DNA of 50,760 nucleotides from Octopus bimaculoides (lineage: Eukaryota), in the NCBI RefSeq assembly GCF_001194135.2, contig NC_069002.1, forward strand, positions 28,143,406 to 28,194,165. Reading direction: 5' to 3'. Positions 48,324-50,760 of this stretch are shown here, piece after piece. A program made the position numbers and the translations under genes. Each line of letters begins with the position of its first letter. Position 1 is the stretch's first letter. A model generated the notes under the pieces. That model did no database searches and was not told where the DNA came from. It was given only the letters and a program-made list of their open reading frames with translations.

Positions 48324-49189
48324 TCACGCACACACACACACAGATATATATGTGCGTGTGTATTATATAAAATACACACACATACACACAGCATATGCAC
48401 TCATTCACACACAACTATATATTCGTCCGAACAACACTTACCCTGTGCACAAGAAATAGGTGACTCAATTATCTTCACTGTGTTTCTCTTAAGTTTCCCT
48501 CTCCAATTGTTATTGACAATTGAATGCCTTTACTTAATATTTACATAAAAGTATCGTTAGCGGTTTCAGAGAATCAGTTTTACAGAGAAGCAACTCAATA
48601 GAATGGATTTCATTTAGAGATTGCGTGTAGGTTTGTATAGGCTTCGTGGTAGAATTAGTGGAGAGAATTATGTTAATTGGCTTGGTTGCTGTGTCGATAC
48701 AAGACTTTGTATAAGTAGTTGGAGCTGTTTAGACGTGTGTGTGTGAGTGTGTGTGTCCTTTTGTCATTCGAGTTTCGTTCATTCTGCCTAGAGTATTAAC
48801 GTTGTGGATAGAAAGTGTCTATGACTTGCAGTGAATAAATAGTTTTGTTGGTTAAACGAAAAACTGGAACACTAATGGTCGAAACGGACTCGAGATCCAT
48901 TACTGCGTATATATGCATGTGTGTGTATGTATGTTTTGAGTGTGTGTGTGTGTGTGAAAAAGAGGGAGAGAAAAATATGTGTGTGTGTGTGTGTGGGCAT
49001 GAGTATGTATTTATCTGTGTGTTGCGCAATATATGTCGCGTCATGCGTGATGTGTTACGTCTAGAGCTGTAGTGCTTGCAACGATCTTGCTTACAGTGCC
49101 CTGGCCTTGGTTAGGCCCATGTGGTGAGGCAAAAACCAGGCTTGTGGTGAGACCTTGCTTCCAGTACATAATGGATCCTGCATTCGTGA

Positions 49190-49660
49190 AGGAATATTGC
49201 CAAATGTCCATCAGCCACCATTTTGACGGAATATTGTCAAATGCCCATCATCCACCATTTGACGGAATATTGTCAAATACCCATCATCCGCCATTTTGAG
49301 GGAATATTATCAAATGCCCATCATCCACCATTTTGACGGAATATTGTCAAATGCCCATCAACCACCATTTTGACGGAATATTGTCAAATACCCATCATCC
49401 ACCATTTTGACGGAATATTGTCAAATACCCATCATCCACCATTTTGACGGAATATTGTCAAATGCTCATCATCCACCGTTTTGACGGAATATTGTCAAAT
49501 GCCCATCATCCACCATTTGACGGAATATTGTCAAATACTTATCATCCACCATTTTGACGGAATATTGTCAAATATCTATCATCCACCATTTTGACGGAAT
49601 ATTGTCAAATACCTATCATCCACCATTTTGACGGAATATTGTCAAATGCCCATCATCCAC
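49190..49660. repeat. 37-bp minisatellite, ~13 copies, with an internal palindrome
   Basis: Unit ttttgacggaatattgtcaaatgcccatcatccacca, abutting with no spacers. Confidence 0.95.
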
Positions 49661-49889
49661 GATTGTTGGGTCCACACCAACGTTTGATGAAGATAATATT
49701 ACTATCAGAACATTAAACAGAGTAGAAACTTTTGGACCAGACAGGAGATATTGAAGACGGGTAATTACATCTGGTTAGAATGCTGACATCTTTATCGTCT
49801 ACGAAAATCGATGGAACATAATGAATTTGTTATAACAGTCGGAGTGCAGCGTTCTTGTCTATTGGTGGAAAGATATTGATCAAAGTTAG

Positions 49890-49890
49890 C

Positions 49891-49922
<32 letters not shown>

Positions 49923-50165
49923 GGGTGGGCGAGGGAGGACTAGGGCGAGAGAGGAATAAAAAGAGTGTGAGAGGGGGAGAGAGAATAAGAAATGGCAGGC
50001 GAGAGAAAGGAGAAAGAGAGGGCGAGAGAGAGGCAGAAAAGGAGAGAGAAAGAGAGTTATAAAGAGAGTGGGAAAGAGATGAAGAGAGAGGAGGGAAAGA
50101 GAGAAAGAGTGAGAGAGTAAGAAATGGTAAGAGAAAGAGATAAAGATAGAGAGATAGGGGGAGGG
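49890..50165. repeat. GA-rich low-complexity tract
   Basis: Direct reading. Confidence 0.93.
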
Positions 50166-50725
50166 GTGACATGAACGTTTAAGCAGTTAACTTAGATGAA
50201 TCCATAGGGTAGAAAGTTGCAACGATAATTGAATTCAGTTCATATGTTTCTAGAATGTTCTGTGGAAAAATTTCAGTAGATCAAGTGAAAGTGATATGCT
50301 TCCTTCAGTTCGAAAAAAAAAAAATATATAGACCTCAAGAAAGTTGAGGGTGGCGAGAATGGTTACAAGAGAGAGATAGAACTATGTATTTTTAGCTCTC
50401 ATTAATTAATAAGGGCAACAACAAAAAAATGCTCGGTCAATTGTGATTAAGTAAGAAAAAACTAGATAATGACCTCTCCATACATGCAACAGATGTGGAA
50501 AGTAGCGGGATAAAAGTATAATGAACACATGCGCAGTTGAAACCACCTAGGCACATACACAGGCTCACATTTGTTTCAGATTATCTTCGTTACCTGTTTC
50601 AACTTATCTGAGTTTTCCTTGCTCTAATATGCATATCCTTTACTTCCGTCTTATATTTATTTATATAAGAATGTAAATATTTATGTATGTACTTGTATGT
50701 GCGTATGTGCGTATATGTGTGTATG

Positions 50726-50760
<35 letters not shown>

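Noticed and set aside
49190-49660. CRISPR-like array (37-bp palindromic repeat)
   Set aside because: Units abut directly with no unique spacers, there are no cas genes, and the context is eukaryotic.

Overview
AT-rich, repeat-saturated animal genomic DNA with 13 assembly gaps (about 5 kb of N). The SINE and LINE families suggest a coleoid cephalopod such as Octopus (inference). I find no intact protein-coding gene. Every long ORF in the track is an artefact of N runs or microsatellites, or a broken transposon fragment. The window holds about 25 copies of one tRNA-derived SINE, about 13 of a second, several other SINE fragments, decayed RTE, Dong/R4-like and CR1/L2-like LINE fragments, a maT-type (DD37D) mariner remnant, several MITEs, and mini- and microsatellites. 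The most unusual structure is at 14304-16295: an insertion flanked by a 14-bp direct repeat that carries an intact-looking minimal hammerhead ribozyme core plus a near-identical inverted copy of 465 bp of DNA from 1 kb downstream. Also notable are a MITE whose core is a tRNA-Thr-like cloverleaf (33050-33382), a 320-bp inverted repeat around a decayed hammerhead (9-1621), and a weak candidate first coding exon (7159-7171). Coordinates were read by eye and repeat boundaries are approximate.
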